Assembly (NCBI GenBank): GCA_033762295.1
Contig: JANRLW010000009.1
Span: 33,614 to 97,613 of the forward strand
Length of the DNA: 64,000 nt
Direction of reading: 5' to 3'
Origin: Capsulimonadales bacterium
Lineage (GTDB): Bacteria; Armatimonadota; Armatimonadia; Armatimonadales; Armatimonadaceae
The first letter of the stretch is position 1. Each line of letters opens with the position of its first letter. Both the position numbers and the translations under genes were made by a program. The notes below the pieces were generated by a model that was not told the DNA's origin, did not search any database, and saw nothing but the letters and a program-made list of their open reading frames with translations. Below are positions 48,966-57,531 of this stretch, piece by piece.

Positions 48966-49508
48966 ATGAATCTTTGGACCGGACTGAGAGCTTTCGCCCG
49001 GTTTCTGGGCATCGAGTTTCGACAGGTCGGAGAGGAGAACCTGGCAGCCTCCGCGCCGACCGCCCCCGAACCGACGACGGAGGGGAAAACTCTGCCTCCA
49101 CCGAACGAGCCGATCGAATGGAAACCTTTCGTCCCCTCCACCGTTCTGTCCCGACTGCCGACGATGAAACCGTCGGAACTGGATAACCTGGACTTCGGCT
49201 GCGTTCAGGTGAGCGATTCGGGAGTCGTCCGTGCCTACAACCGATGGGAGGCGGACTTCGCCGGGGTGGATCAGAAAGCGGCGATCGGACGAAACTTCTT
49301 CCGCGAACTCGCTCCCTGCACCAACAACCGACTCATCTTCGGAAGATTTAAGGAAGGAGTCGCTTCCGACCATTTGAATACGATCGTTTCCTACGCGTTC
49401 ACCTATAAAATGCGTCCGACGCTCGTCCGCGTCCATCTGTACCGTGACCCGGACACCCGGACGAACTGGGTCCTGGTGCAAAAGCACGAGGGAGTGCAGG
49501 GAAAGTAG
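48966..49508 (+). CDS. pyp: photoactive yellow protein with N-terminal extension (copy 1)
   Basis: LDNLDFG, YNRWE (Y42/E46), IGRNFFRELAPCT (C69), FKEGVAS, FTYKMRPT, VH, W; colinear with H. halophila PYP; AAAGGA RBS. Confidence 0.93.
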   Translation: MNLWTGLRAFARFLGIEFRQVGEENLAASAPTAPEPTTEGKTLPPPNEPIEWKPFVPSTVLSRLPTMKPSELDNLDFGCVQVSDSGVVRAYNRWEADFAGVDQKAAIGRNFFRELAPCTNNRLIFGRFKEGVASDHLNTIVSYAFTYKMRPTLVRVHLYRDPDTRTNWVLVQKHEGVQGK

Positions 49509-49544
49509 CAGCGAAATCGATGACAACGGAAAGGTCTTTGAATT

Positions 49545-50069
49545 ATGCATAATACGGAAACCGGTATCGAAGCGGCGGAAAACCCGCGTTCGCGTGAGTT
49601 GCGACTCCTCCTCGACGAACTCCGGGCAGCCGATGTCGAAGCGGCTCTGGCAGCCATTCGCCGACTGAAAGCGGAGGCCGAACAGGTTTCCGGCGGGCCC
49701 GATCCGGAGGCTTCGGGCAACGGTCCGACCGACGCCCGGAAGATGCTGGAAAAGTTCCGTGCGTTCTCCTCCCGGATCGACAGCCTCAACGGCACGATCG
49801 CCAGCATGGAGGAGCAGTTGCGAAACCTCTATGCCGACCGCGAACGACTCGAACAAGAGATCGGAGCGTCGGAGGTGAGCGACGTGATCGCCGCCTTCGC
49901 GCACAGCATGACCACCATCGAACTGCTCGAAGCGCAACTGGCCACCCTGTACGCCGACCGGGAGTACCTGGAAACCGAACTGGGGAAATCCGAGGCGACC
50001 GATATCGTGTCGATGTTCCGAAACGTGACGACTATGGTTCAAACGGCGCACAAGGAGCTCGTTGCCTGA
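49545..50069 (+). CDS. PYP-associated coiled-coil repeat protein, family B copy 1
   Basis: 40-aa internal repeat E.QL..LYADRE.LE.E.G.S; paralog of 51285..51938. Confidence 0.8.
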   Translation: MHNTETGIEAAENPRSRELRLLLDELRAADVEAALAAIRRLKAEAEQVSGGPDPEASGNGPTDARKMLEKFRAFSSRIDSLNGTIASMEEQLRNLYADRERLEQEIGASEVSDVIAAFAHSMTTIELLEAQLATLYADREYLETELGKSEATDIVSMFRNVTTMVQTAHKELVA

Positions 50070-50098
50070 TCGGGTCGGTAACGAAATGTCGTGGATTG

Positions 50099-50131
50099 AA
50101 CGGCGGGAGGAGGGCGAATCCTCCCGCCGTT
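50099..50131 (+). terminator. hairpin closing PYP block 1
   Basis: AACGGCGGGAGGA-loop-TCCTCCCGCCGTT; weak U tail. Confidence 0.6.
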
Positions 50132-50179
50132 CCCCTCCCCCGGCAAAATTCCGTTAAATTAAATCGATTGATAGTTGTC

Positions 50180-50195
50180 TGGCATGAATTCTGCA
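50180..50195 (+). promoter_or_regulatory. sigma54 (-24/-12) promoter of PYP block 2
   Basis: TGGCATGAATTCTGCA: GG-N10-GC; IHF-like TATCAAtcgaTTT on the minus strand at 50161-50173. Confidence 0.75.
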
Positions 50196-50509
50196 GTTAG
50201 CAAACATGCGGCGGTCACAGCGCCGCTTAGGAAGGTTCGGACGATTTCACTCGTCTTCGGATACGCAGGACTCTTTTCGAATCACCCCGGGCGAACGACG
50301 CTCGAAACCCATTCGGTATTCTACGGTTCGGGTCACAAGGACGGCCCGTCGAACCGGTTCCGTGCGGTCGCTGGCGCCCCCCTTGCGGAGGCTCGATCGC
50401 TGTTCCGTTCGCCGGAGTTTTCAATCGATAGAATTACCGTGATTCTAACAGTGTGGGTGCGATCATCGAGTCCGCCTCCCACGTTTTCCCTGAACTGAGG
50501 ATTTTTGCC

Positions 50510-51223
50510 ATGGCGACACCAGGCCTTGCCGATAACAATTCGTTCCGCTTTCTCGCCGATAACGATCCCGACCTGTCCCGCGCATGGAGCGTCTGCCTGG
50601 ACGGCTATACGGAGGGAACCTATCAGCAGCGTCAGGAGCTGCTGGACTCCGTTGCGACGTTACGGAACGAGTTCCTTCGCACCTTCTCCCTGATCACCGA
50701 TTCGATCGAGAGAAACTATGTCACTGCGCTGTTTTATGTCTACCTCAAAAGCCAGTGGACGATCCTTAACCTTCGTTCCGGTTACCTTCTGGCGCGGGGA
50801 CAGATCGATATGCGAAACATGTGCCGCTGCGGGCTCCTGTCGGCCCTCCTTGATCGTGTCGAAAGAACGCTGACGCCGACACAGGTCTTTCTCGCCACAA
50901 ACTTTCTGACCAACACCCTGACCATGAACGCCGAAGCGGACCACACCGGGAATAACCCCGCCGCCGAGGTCACCCCGTTTCGGGATTCGACGGATGGCGT
51001 CCCGGAACCCTCGCCGGAACTGCGCGCGCGTGTCCAGCAACTGGAAGCCGAACTTGCCATCGCCCGGGCGCGAGAGCAGGTCCTGGTTTCGGAATTTGGC
51101 ACGAGCGATCCCGATACCATCGTCGCCGAGTTCCGAAGCGCACGAAATGATCTGGGTCTCCTGGATGAACTGGAGACCACCCTCGGTTCGATCGAGCGTT
51201 CCATGCGGTATGTCAACGCCTGA
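50510..51223 (+). CDS. PYP-associated hypothetical protein, family A copy 2
   Basis: GAGGA RBS; paralog of 48233..48892. Confidence 0.8.
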   Translation: MATPGLADNNSFRFLADNDPDLSRAWSVCLDGYTEGTYQQRQELLDSVATLRNEFLRTFSLITDSIERNYVTALFYVYLKSQWTILNLRSGYLLARGQIDMRNMCRCGLLSALLDRVERTLTPTQVFLATNFLTNTLTMNAEADHTGNNPAAEVTPFRDSTDGVPEPSPELRARVQQLEAELAIARAREQVLVSEFGTSDPDTIVAEFRSARNDLGLLDELETTLGSIERSMRYVNA

Positions 51224-51284
51224 ACGACCGATCCCCGCATGCATGAAACCGGATGAAAACGAATAGAGAAGGAAGGCGATTACC

Positions 51285-51938
51285 ATGAGCGATACCATCG
51301 ACCAGGAATCCACCGGGCCGTCTCCGACGACGGACCCGATCAACCGTGACGATAACGACGAATACGAGCAAGTGGAAAGTGTCCACGACGAGCAAGCGAA
51401 GGAAATCGTCGAAGAGGATGAGGAAGCGGCGCTCGACCGCCTCTTTACCGAACTGAACGTGAAGGACTTTCCGTCCGCGCTGGCGGCCATTCGCCGATTG
51501 AAGGAGAAGGCCCGGCGTCCGAGCGACCCGCCCGTCGACGCCGACACCGAAGCCGCCGCCCCGGCGGAGGGTGGCGACCTCCGAAACGGCGAGGCCCGGA
51601 AGATGCTGGAAAAGTTCCGTGCGTTCTCCTCCCGGATCGACAGCCTCAACGGCACGATCGCCAGCATGGAGGAGCAGTTGCGAAACCTCTATGCCGACCG
51701 CGAACGACTCGAACGAGAGATCGGAGCGTCCGAAGTCGACGATGTCATTTCCACCTTCAGCGCACTTTACCTGACCATCATCAACCTGGAAACCCAGCTG
51801 GCTGCCCTGTACGCCGACCGGGAGTACCTCGACACCGAGCTGGGGAAATCCGATCCGATCGAAATTGTCGCTATGTTCAAGAACGTTTCCCAGATGGTCA
51901 ACGGCGCACACCGGGAGCTCCTGGCCAGCGGCGCCTAG
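51285..51938 (+). CDS. PYP-associated coiled-coil repeat protein, family B copy 2 (acidic N-terminus)
   Basis: AAGGAAGG RBS; same 40-aa repeat as copy 1. Confidence 0.82.
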   Translation: MSDTIDQESTGPSPTTDPINRDDNDEYEQVESVHDEQAKEIVEEDEEAALDRLFTELNVKDFPSALAAIRRLKEKARRPSDPPVDADTEAAAPAEGGDLRNGEARKMLEKFRAFSSRIDSLNGTIASMEEQLRNLYADRERLEREIGASEVDDVISTFSALYLTIINLETQLAALYADREYLDTELGKSDPIEIVAMFKNVSQMVNGAHRELLASGA

Positions 51939-52022
51939 ACCGACACTCGCTTCGTGGCTTGTCCTTCACGGGACCCGTCCGCGCCGCGCCGCATCGGCGG
52001 GTGGCGCTAGAAAGATCGAACC

Positions 52023-52556
52023 ATGAACCTGTTTGACCGTATCCGCGCCTTTGCGCAGTTCATTCGTACCGAGTTTACGATGGTCGACGAACAGAAAGTG
52101 TCGTCCGGACAGGCGGCGCCGGCCCGTCCGGCCCTCCCCGAATCGCTGGCGCTTAATCCGCCGAAGACCAATACCTTCGTTCCGCCCGGCTTTCTGAACC
52201 AGTTGCCGAAAATGACGCGGACGAAGATCGATTCGCTCGATTTCGGCTGCGTTCGCGTCAGCGATAACGGCATCGTCGAGATCTACAACAAATGGGAGGC
52301 GGACTTCGCCGGGGTGGATCAGAAAGCGGCGATCGGACGAAACTTCTTCCGCGAACTCGCTCCCTGCACCAACAACCGACTCATCTTCGGAAGATTCAAG
52401 GAAGGGGTCAAGCAGGACGAGCTAAATACCATAATTACTTATGCGTTCACCTACAAAATGCGTCCGACCCTCGTTCGCGTTCATCTGTACCGTGACCCGG
52501 ACACCCGGACGAACTGGGTCCTGGTGCAGAAGCATGAGTCGGCTCAGGGGAAATAG
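52023..52556 (+). CDS. pyp: photoactive yellow protein with N-terminal extension (copy 2)
   Basis: IDSLDFG, YNKWE, NFFRELAPCT, FTYKMRPT. Confidence 0.93.
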   Translation: MNLFDRIRAFAQFIRTEFTMVDEQKVSSGQAAPARPALPESLALNPPKTNTFVPPGFLNQLPKMTRTKIDSLDFGCVRVSDNGIVEIYNKWEADFAGVDQKAAIGRNFFRELAPCTNNRLIFGRFKEGVKQDELNTIITYAFTYKMRPTLVRVHLYRDPDTRTNWVLVQKHESAQGK

Positions 52557-52559
52557 ATC

Positions 52560-54092
52560 GTGAGTAACCAATCCGGAATCGTTCGGGAGCTGTCGGCCCA
52601 CCCTCGGCGCGCGGCGCTCCCGACCCAAATCGAAGACGGCGGCCCGGAAGCCGGGCCGTGGCAGGCGATGCTGTACGCACGCCTCCGCGGACGCCCGTAT
52701 CCGCTGTTCGTGTTCGAGGAGGTCATCGTTCCGGCGGCCTCCATCTGGTCCGGCGCGCGCCTCTGGCTCCATGCCTTCCGGGAGGCGGGCCTCGTTGCCG
52801 GAGATCGTATCGTGGTTGCGGTCAAACCGTCGCCCGCCTTCGTTCAGGTGCTGGTCGCCTGTCTCTGGGAAGGATATACGGTCGCCTTTGCTCCGGAAAC
52901 CGACCAGGCGCATACCATCGATGCGCTGATGACCGCTCTGGACGCCCGGTGCGCGGTCGCTCCGGTGCCGTTTGCCGCGCATGTCCTCACTCCGCAGATC
53001 TGCGAAGGACCGACCGAAGGTCCGCTGACGCTCCGTCCGTCCCGTTACCCCGCCACTCCGGAGGTGCGCTTCCTTCTGCGAACTTCCGGCAGCCGCAGTC
53101 TGAACGGTGGCCACTGGGTCGGGTTGTCGGACCGTAACCTGCTCAGCGTGCTCGACAGCCATCTTCCTCGCCTTGGCCTGGTCGAGCAGCATAGCCATGT
53201 GCTTTCGATTCTTCCCTGGCATCACGCCTTCGGTCTGATCCTGGACCTGCTTCCCGCGCTGTTCTCCGGTGCGGAAATCCTTCGGGATGCCGCCGACGGC
53301 CGCGACCCCGATACCCTGATTCGCCTGGGATCGGAGTTCCGGGTGACCCATCTCTCCGCCGTCCCGATGACATTGATGCGTCTGCGGGAACGTCCCGAAG
53401 GAGACGCGTTCCTTCGCTCCCTGGAGGGCGGGATCGTCGGCGGTGCGCCGGTGTCTCGTTCCCTCGCCGAGTTTCTGAGCGAAACCCGACTGCGTGCCGG
53501 CTATGGTCAGACGGAAGCCTCGCCGGGAATCACTCTGGGCGAACCGGGATACTGGCCCGGTCCGAACTATCTGGGTCGTCCGATCGGCTGCGCGGTCAAG
53601 ACCGACCGGGACGGTGTCCTTGCTTTCTGTGGCGAGAACGCCTGCCACGGCCTCTGGGACCCCGAACGCGGTCTCCAGGCGGTCTTCGGAACTCCGGGGG
53701 AAATCGGCACCTGGCGAACGACCGGGGATATCGTCCGACAGATGGCCGTCACCGGCGACCTTTTCTTCGTCGGTCGTTCCGATGATACGTTCAAACTGGC
53801 CAACGGACGCCGGGTGGCGGCGGGGCAGATGGAAATGCGCCTGACGCTGATTTGCGAGGGGGTCTCGGACGCGGTCCTCTTCTCTCCGGAGGGCGAAACC
53901 CTGGTCCTGCTCCGCACCGGCGCGGCCTCCGAGCCGGGGCCGTCCGAGGATTGCCTGGACAGTGTTCTGGAAGGGCTCCGCCCGCGCCTCACGGAAAACC
54001 GTTACGTCGCTCCGGAGAACTGGCCGCGTACCCGCAAAGGCACGACCGATCGACAGGAGCTGATCCGACGATTCTCCCAACACACCGAGTAG
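52560..54092 (+). CDS. pcl: AMP-dependent acyl-CoA ligase, putative p-coumarate-CoA ligase
   Basis: LRTSGS, LPWHHAFG, GGAP, GYGQTE, TGD, GRSDDTFK; lies between pyp and the ammonia lyase. Confidence 0.8.
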   Translation: MSNQSGIVRELSAHPRRAALPTQIEDGGPEAGPWQAMLYARLRGRPYPLFVFEEVIVPAASIWSGARLWLHAFREAGLVAGDRIVVAVKPSPAFVQVLVACLWEGYTVAFAPETDQAHTIDALMTALDARCAVAPVPFAAHVLTPQICEGPTEGPLTLRPSRYPATPEVRFLLRTSGSRSLNGGHWVGLSDRNLLSVLDSHLPRLGLVEQHSHVLSILPWHHAFGLILDLLPALFSGAEILRDAADGRDPDTLIRLGSEFRVTHLSAVPMTLMRLRERPEGDAFLRSLEGGIVGGAPVSRSLAEFLSETRLRAGYGQTEASPGITLGEPGYWPGPNYLGRPIGCAVKTDRDGVLAFCGENACHGLWDPERGLQAVFGTPGEIGTWRTTGDIVRQMAVTGDLFFVGRSDDTFKLANGRRVAAGQMEMRLTLICEGVSDAVLFSPEGETLVLLRTGAASEPGPSEDCLDSVLEGLRPRLTENRYVAPENWPRTRKGTTDRQELIRRFSQHTE

Positions 54093-54111
54093 ACACGGAA
54101 AGGAAAACCGC

Positions 54112-55704
54112 ATGACTCCGGAGGATACGACCCTCTCCGCGCCGTCCCCACCACCTGCGGAGACCGGCCAGGTTCTTTCCCTGGGTCCCGATGCCTTTCT
54201 TGCCTGTGAAACGGTGGAACGCGCCGCCGCCGGTCGGAACCTTCGCCTTCCGTTGACCGAAACCGCGCGCCGGAGGATGCATCTCTCCTGGGATGCCCTG
54301 CGCTGCCTGCAGGCCGGCGGCACGCCGATCTACGGGACGACTACCGGCTTCGGCCCCTTCGTCGTCTATCCGGGAGCCGGGGATCGGGAGGGCGTCTGCC
54401 AGGCGGACAGCCTGCTGGCGCATCTCGGCGCAGGCTGGAATCCTCCGGATCGCCCGGACACCCCGATCGACATCGTAAGGGCGGCAATGATCATCCGCGG
54501 ACAGAACCTGGCACAGGGACACAGCGCGATCCATCCCCGAACGCTCGAAGCCTATCTGCGATGGGCCGAATGGGATCTTACCCCGTGCGTTCCGTGGACC
54601 GGCAGTGTCGGCGCAAGCGGCGATCTGATACCTCTGGCGCATATCGCCCGGGCGGTCGCCGGGGCGGAGGATGCTCTGGTGCGCTATCGCGGCCGGACCC
54701 TGTCGGCACGCGAGGCGCTTCGCGAAACCGAACTGGCGCCGGTCCGTCTCACCGGGCGGGAAGCCCTCGCCCTTACCAACGGAACGTCGTTCCTTACCGC
54801 GTTCGCCGCGATCGGCGTCGCCCGTTCGGAACGCCTGCTTCGACGCGCCGAGGAGATCACGGGATGGCTTTATCGCCTCCTCGAAGCACGAGCCGACGCC
54901 CTGGCCGCGCCTCTTCATATCGCGCGCGGCCAGGAGGGGCAGATACTGTCCGCTCGCCACATACGAACGGAAGCGGGTCGGTACGGCGCGTGGGAGAACG
55001 CCGAGCGTCCGTTGCAGGAGGTATACAGTCTGCGCTGCGCGCCGCAAATCCTGGGCGCCTGTCGGGAGAACCTGACCTTCGCCCGGCGTCTGGTCGAAAC
55101 CGAGATCAACGGCGTTTCGGACAACCCGATTTTCTTCGGGGACGCGGACGGCTCCGGCGCACCGCAGGTCTTTCACGGCGGTAACTTCCACGGACAGCAG
55201 GTCGCCTTCGCCGCCGATGCGCTCAATGCCGCCCTGACCCAGGCCGCCGTCCTTGCCGAACGCCAGATCGACCTGCTGGTCACCCCGTCCACGGTCAACG
55301 GCAACGCCCCCCTGTTGCTGGCCTGGGACCCCGGTTCCACCAGCGGCATGGCCGGGGCGCAGATTACTGCCACGGCTCTGGTCGCCGAGATGCGCGCCGC
55401 CGCCCAGGCACATGCCACCATGAGCCTGCCGACCAACGGCCGAAACCAGGATGTGGTCTCGATGGGCGCTCTGGCGGCCCAGCGTTGTTACGAGCAGACC
55501 GACCGCCTCTCCGCCGTCCTGAGCATCCTGAGTCTTTGCGCCGCCCAGCTGACGTTCCTGCGTTCGGAGGACAAGGCGGCCGGACCGCCCGCCCCCCTCC
55601 CCCGCTGGATGACGGATTTCGAAGGCATACGACACGATCGCCCCCTGCAGGCGGCGATCGCTCGCCTGGCCGCCTTCCTTCGCGATAACGTACCGGACGA
55701 TTAG
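54112..55704 (+). CDS. tal: MIO-dependent aromatic amino acid ammonia-lyase, putative tyrosine ammonia-lyase
   Basis: IYGTTTGFGP, LLAHLGAG (His-Leu switch), GASGDL, TNGT, YSLRCAPQ, GGNFHG, NQDVVSMG. Confidence 0.88.
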   Translation: MTPEDTTLSAPSPPPAETGQVLSLGPDAFLACETVERAAAGRNLRLPLTETARRRMHLSWDALRCLQAGGTPIYGTTTGFGPFVVYPGAGDREGVCQADSLLAHLGAGWNPPDRPDTPIDIVRAAMIIRGQNLAQGHSAIHPRTLEAYLRWAEWDLTPCVPWTGSVGASGDLIPLAHIARAVAGAEDALVRYRGRTLSAREALRETELAPVRLTGREALALTNGTSFLTAFAAIGVARSERLLRRAEEITGWLYRLLEARADALAAPLHIARGQEGQILSARHIRTEAGRYGAWENAERPLQEVYSLRCAPQILGACRENLTFARRLVETEINGVSDNPIFFGDADGSGAPQVFHGGNFHGQQVAFAADALNAALTQAAVLAERQIDLLVTPSTVNGNAPLLLAWDPGSTSGMAGAQITATALVAEMRAAAQAHATMSLPTNGRNQDVVSMGALAAQRCYEQTDRLSAVLSILSLCAAQLTFLRSEDKAAGPPAPLPRWMTDFEGIRHDRPLQAAIARLAAFLRDNVPDD

Positions 55705-55811
55705 ACGGTTCGCGTCGGGGAACAAAACCGCGTCCGCGACCATCCTGCGTTTGACCACCGGTCCGATACGTTTTCCAACCCCTTTCGGACCGGACAAGGG
55801 AGAAGGCAACC

Positions 55812-56594
55812 ATGGGAATGCTGGACGGAAAGGTCGCGCTGATCACCGGCGGGGCCAGCGGAATTGGCAAGGGAACGGCGATCCGGTTCGCTCAGGAAGG
55901 CGCGAACGTCGTGATCACGGACGTTCAGGCCGAGGAAGGCGAAGCGGCACGACGGGAGATCGAACGGGCGGGCGGCGAGGCGCAATTCGTTCTCTGCGAT
56001 GTCGCCGATGCCGAAGCGGTTCGTGCCGCCCTCGACCGAACCGTGGAGGTGTACGGGCGCCTCGATATCGTCTTCGCCAATGCGGGAATCAACGGCGTCT
56101 GGACACCGCTGGAGGAACTCCTGCCCACCGAGTGGGACAAAACTCTGGATACCAACCTGAAGGGTACGTATCTGACATTACACTACGCGATCCCGCACCT
56201 CCGGCGGGCGGGCGGCGGAAGCATCCTCATCACCAGCAGCGTGAACGGGAACCGCACCTTTTCCACGGCGGGCGCGTCGGCGTACAGCACGTCGAAAGCC
56301 GGGCAGGTCGCGCTGATGAAGATGGCGGCGCTGGAACTGGGACGTTACAACATCCGTGTCAACGCGATCTGTCCCGGAGCGATTCGAACCAACATCGGCG
56401 ATCGAACGTATGCCCGCCATACGGAAGAGGTCGAAATCAAGGTCGAGATGCCCGAAGGCGCCCCCTTTCTGAACGAAGGTCAGGGGGAACCGATCGACGT
56501 CGCCGACACCTGTCTCTTCCTCGCCAGTGACCTTTCGCGCCATGTTTCCGGGGTGGAAATCTATGTGGACGGAGGAGCGTCTCTGCTTCGCTGA
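55812..56594 (+). CDS. SDR family oxidoreductase
   Basis: TGGASGIG, ANAG, YSTSK, VNAICPG, VDGG. Confidence 0.93.
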   Translation: MGMLDGKVALITGGASGIGKGTAIRFAQEGANVVITDVQAEEGEAARREIERAGGEAQFVLCDVADAEAVRAALDRTVEVYGRLDIVFANAGINGVWTPLEELLPTEWDKTLDTNLKGTYLTLHYAIPHLRRAGGGSILITSSVNGNRTFSTAGASAYSTSKAGQVALMKMAALELGRYNIRVNAICPGAIRTNIGDRTYARHTEEVEIKVEMPEGAPFLNEGQGEPIDVADTCLFLASDLSRHVSGVEIYVDGGASLLR

Positions 56595-56720
56595 TCGCCA
56601 CGCGTCGGTCGCCGCGCAATGAAGGACCGTCAACCACGGTCCTTCCGATTTTTTGTAACGCTGAGGTAGTTTCCTTTCTCCGATATCTGTGAGATATTGT
56701 ATTGGAAAGGAAGCCACCCC

Positions 56721-57398
56721 ATGTTTCGCTTCGGCCTGATTTTTGTCTCGCTACTCCTGCTCCTATCGGTCTCCGGCTGCGGTGGGGGTAACAACAACGA
56801 TTTCCCGCTCCCCCCCTCGTTCTCGGAATCGCGTTTCCAGCCGAACTACGGCGGAGACCTCGATACGGTCAATTATTACACTCAACCGAACATTACCTAC
56901 CGCATCATGGAGTCCGATAAGGCGACGGATATCCGTTTGAACCGGATCACCGCCGTCAACGCGACCGACGCGCAGAAACAGGCGATCCGGGAAGCCATCA
57001 CCAAATGGCAGACCGCTCTCGCCGGTAACGACCCGCCCCATCAACGCACTTTTGTCGAGGTCGGCAATGACGTTCTGGCGGATATCGATTTCGTCATACA
57101 AACCCGCGATCAGTTCAGAAGCACCTTCTTTACCGAGGAGTTCGCGTATACCGAGTACTACATTCGTGATATCGACCGGCAGTTCATGGGACGCGCGGTC
57201 GTCCGACTGCGCAACGATCTGGGCGATTCGAATTTCCGGTACGTTACTCTGCATGAAACCGGTCACGCCCTGGGACTGGTCGGGCACTCGCGCCGGCTGG
57301 GAACGGTGATGTACCCCTATCAAACGCCGTTCTCGACGATTTCGGACCTGACGGACCGCGACATTAACACCATTCGCGCAACGTACACCCGCGAATAG
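56721..57398 (+). CDS. matrixin (M10)-like metallopeptidase lipoprotein
   Basis: lipobox VSGC; HETGHALGLVGH; Met-turn VMYP. Confidence 0.85.
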   Translation: MFRFGLIFVSLLLLLSVSGCGGGNNNDFPLPPSFSESRFQPNYGGDLDTVNYYTQPNITYRIMESDKATDIRLNRITAVNATDAQKQAIREAITKWQTALAGNDPPHQRTFVEVGNDVLADIDFVIQTRDQFRSTFFTEEFAYTEYYIRDIDRQFMGRAVVRLRNDLGDSNFRYVTLHETGHALGLVGHSRRLGTVMYPYQTPFSTISDLTDRDINTIRATYTRE

Positions 57399-57531
57399 AC
57401 CGATTGCGGGAGTATGGCGGAATCCACACGTGGCCGGTGCATTGTTCCACAGCCTGCCCCATGGTTCTGCGGATATCCTGAGGATGTCTCCGCCGGACGG
57501 AGACGGACTTTGCGGAAACCGAAAGGAACGG

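Noticed and set aside
50200..50500. c-di-GMP or other known riboswitch in the A2 leader
   Set aside because: Consensus elements could not be matched by eye; kept only as an unexplained leader
46871..55704. PYP locus as a genomic island integrated at tRNA-Leu
   Set aside because: No integrase or transposase, no duplicated tRNA 3' end seen, and composition resembles the flanks
55812..56594. SDR as a member of the PYP chromophore pathway
   Set aside because: Generic SDR with its own RBS ~107 nt downstream; not needed for p-coumaroyl-CoA synthesis and no evidence beyond adjacency
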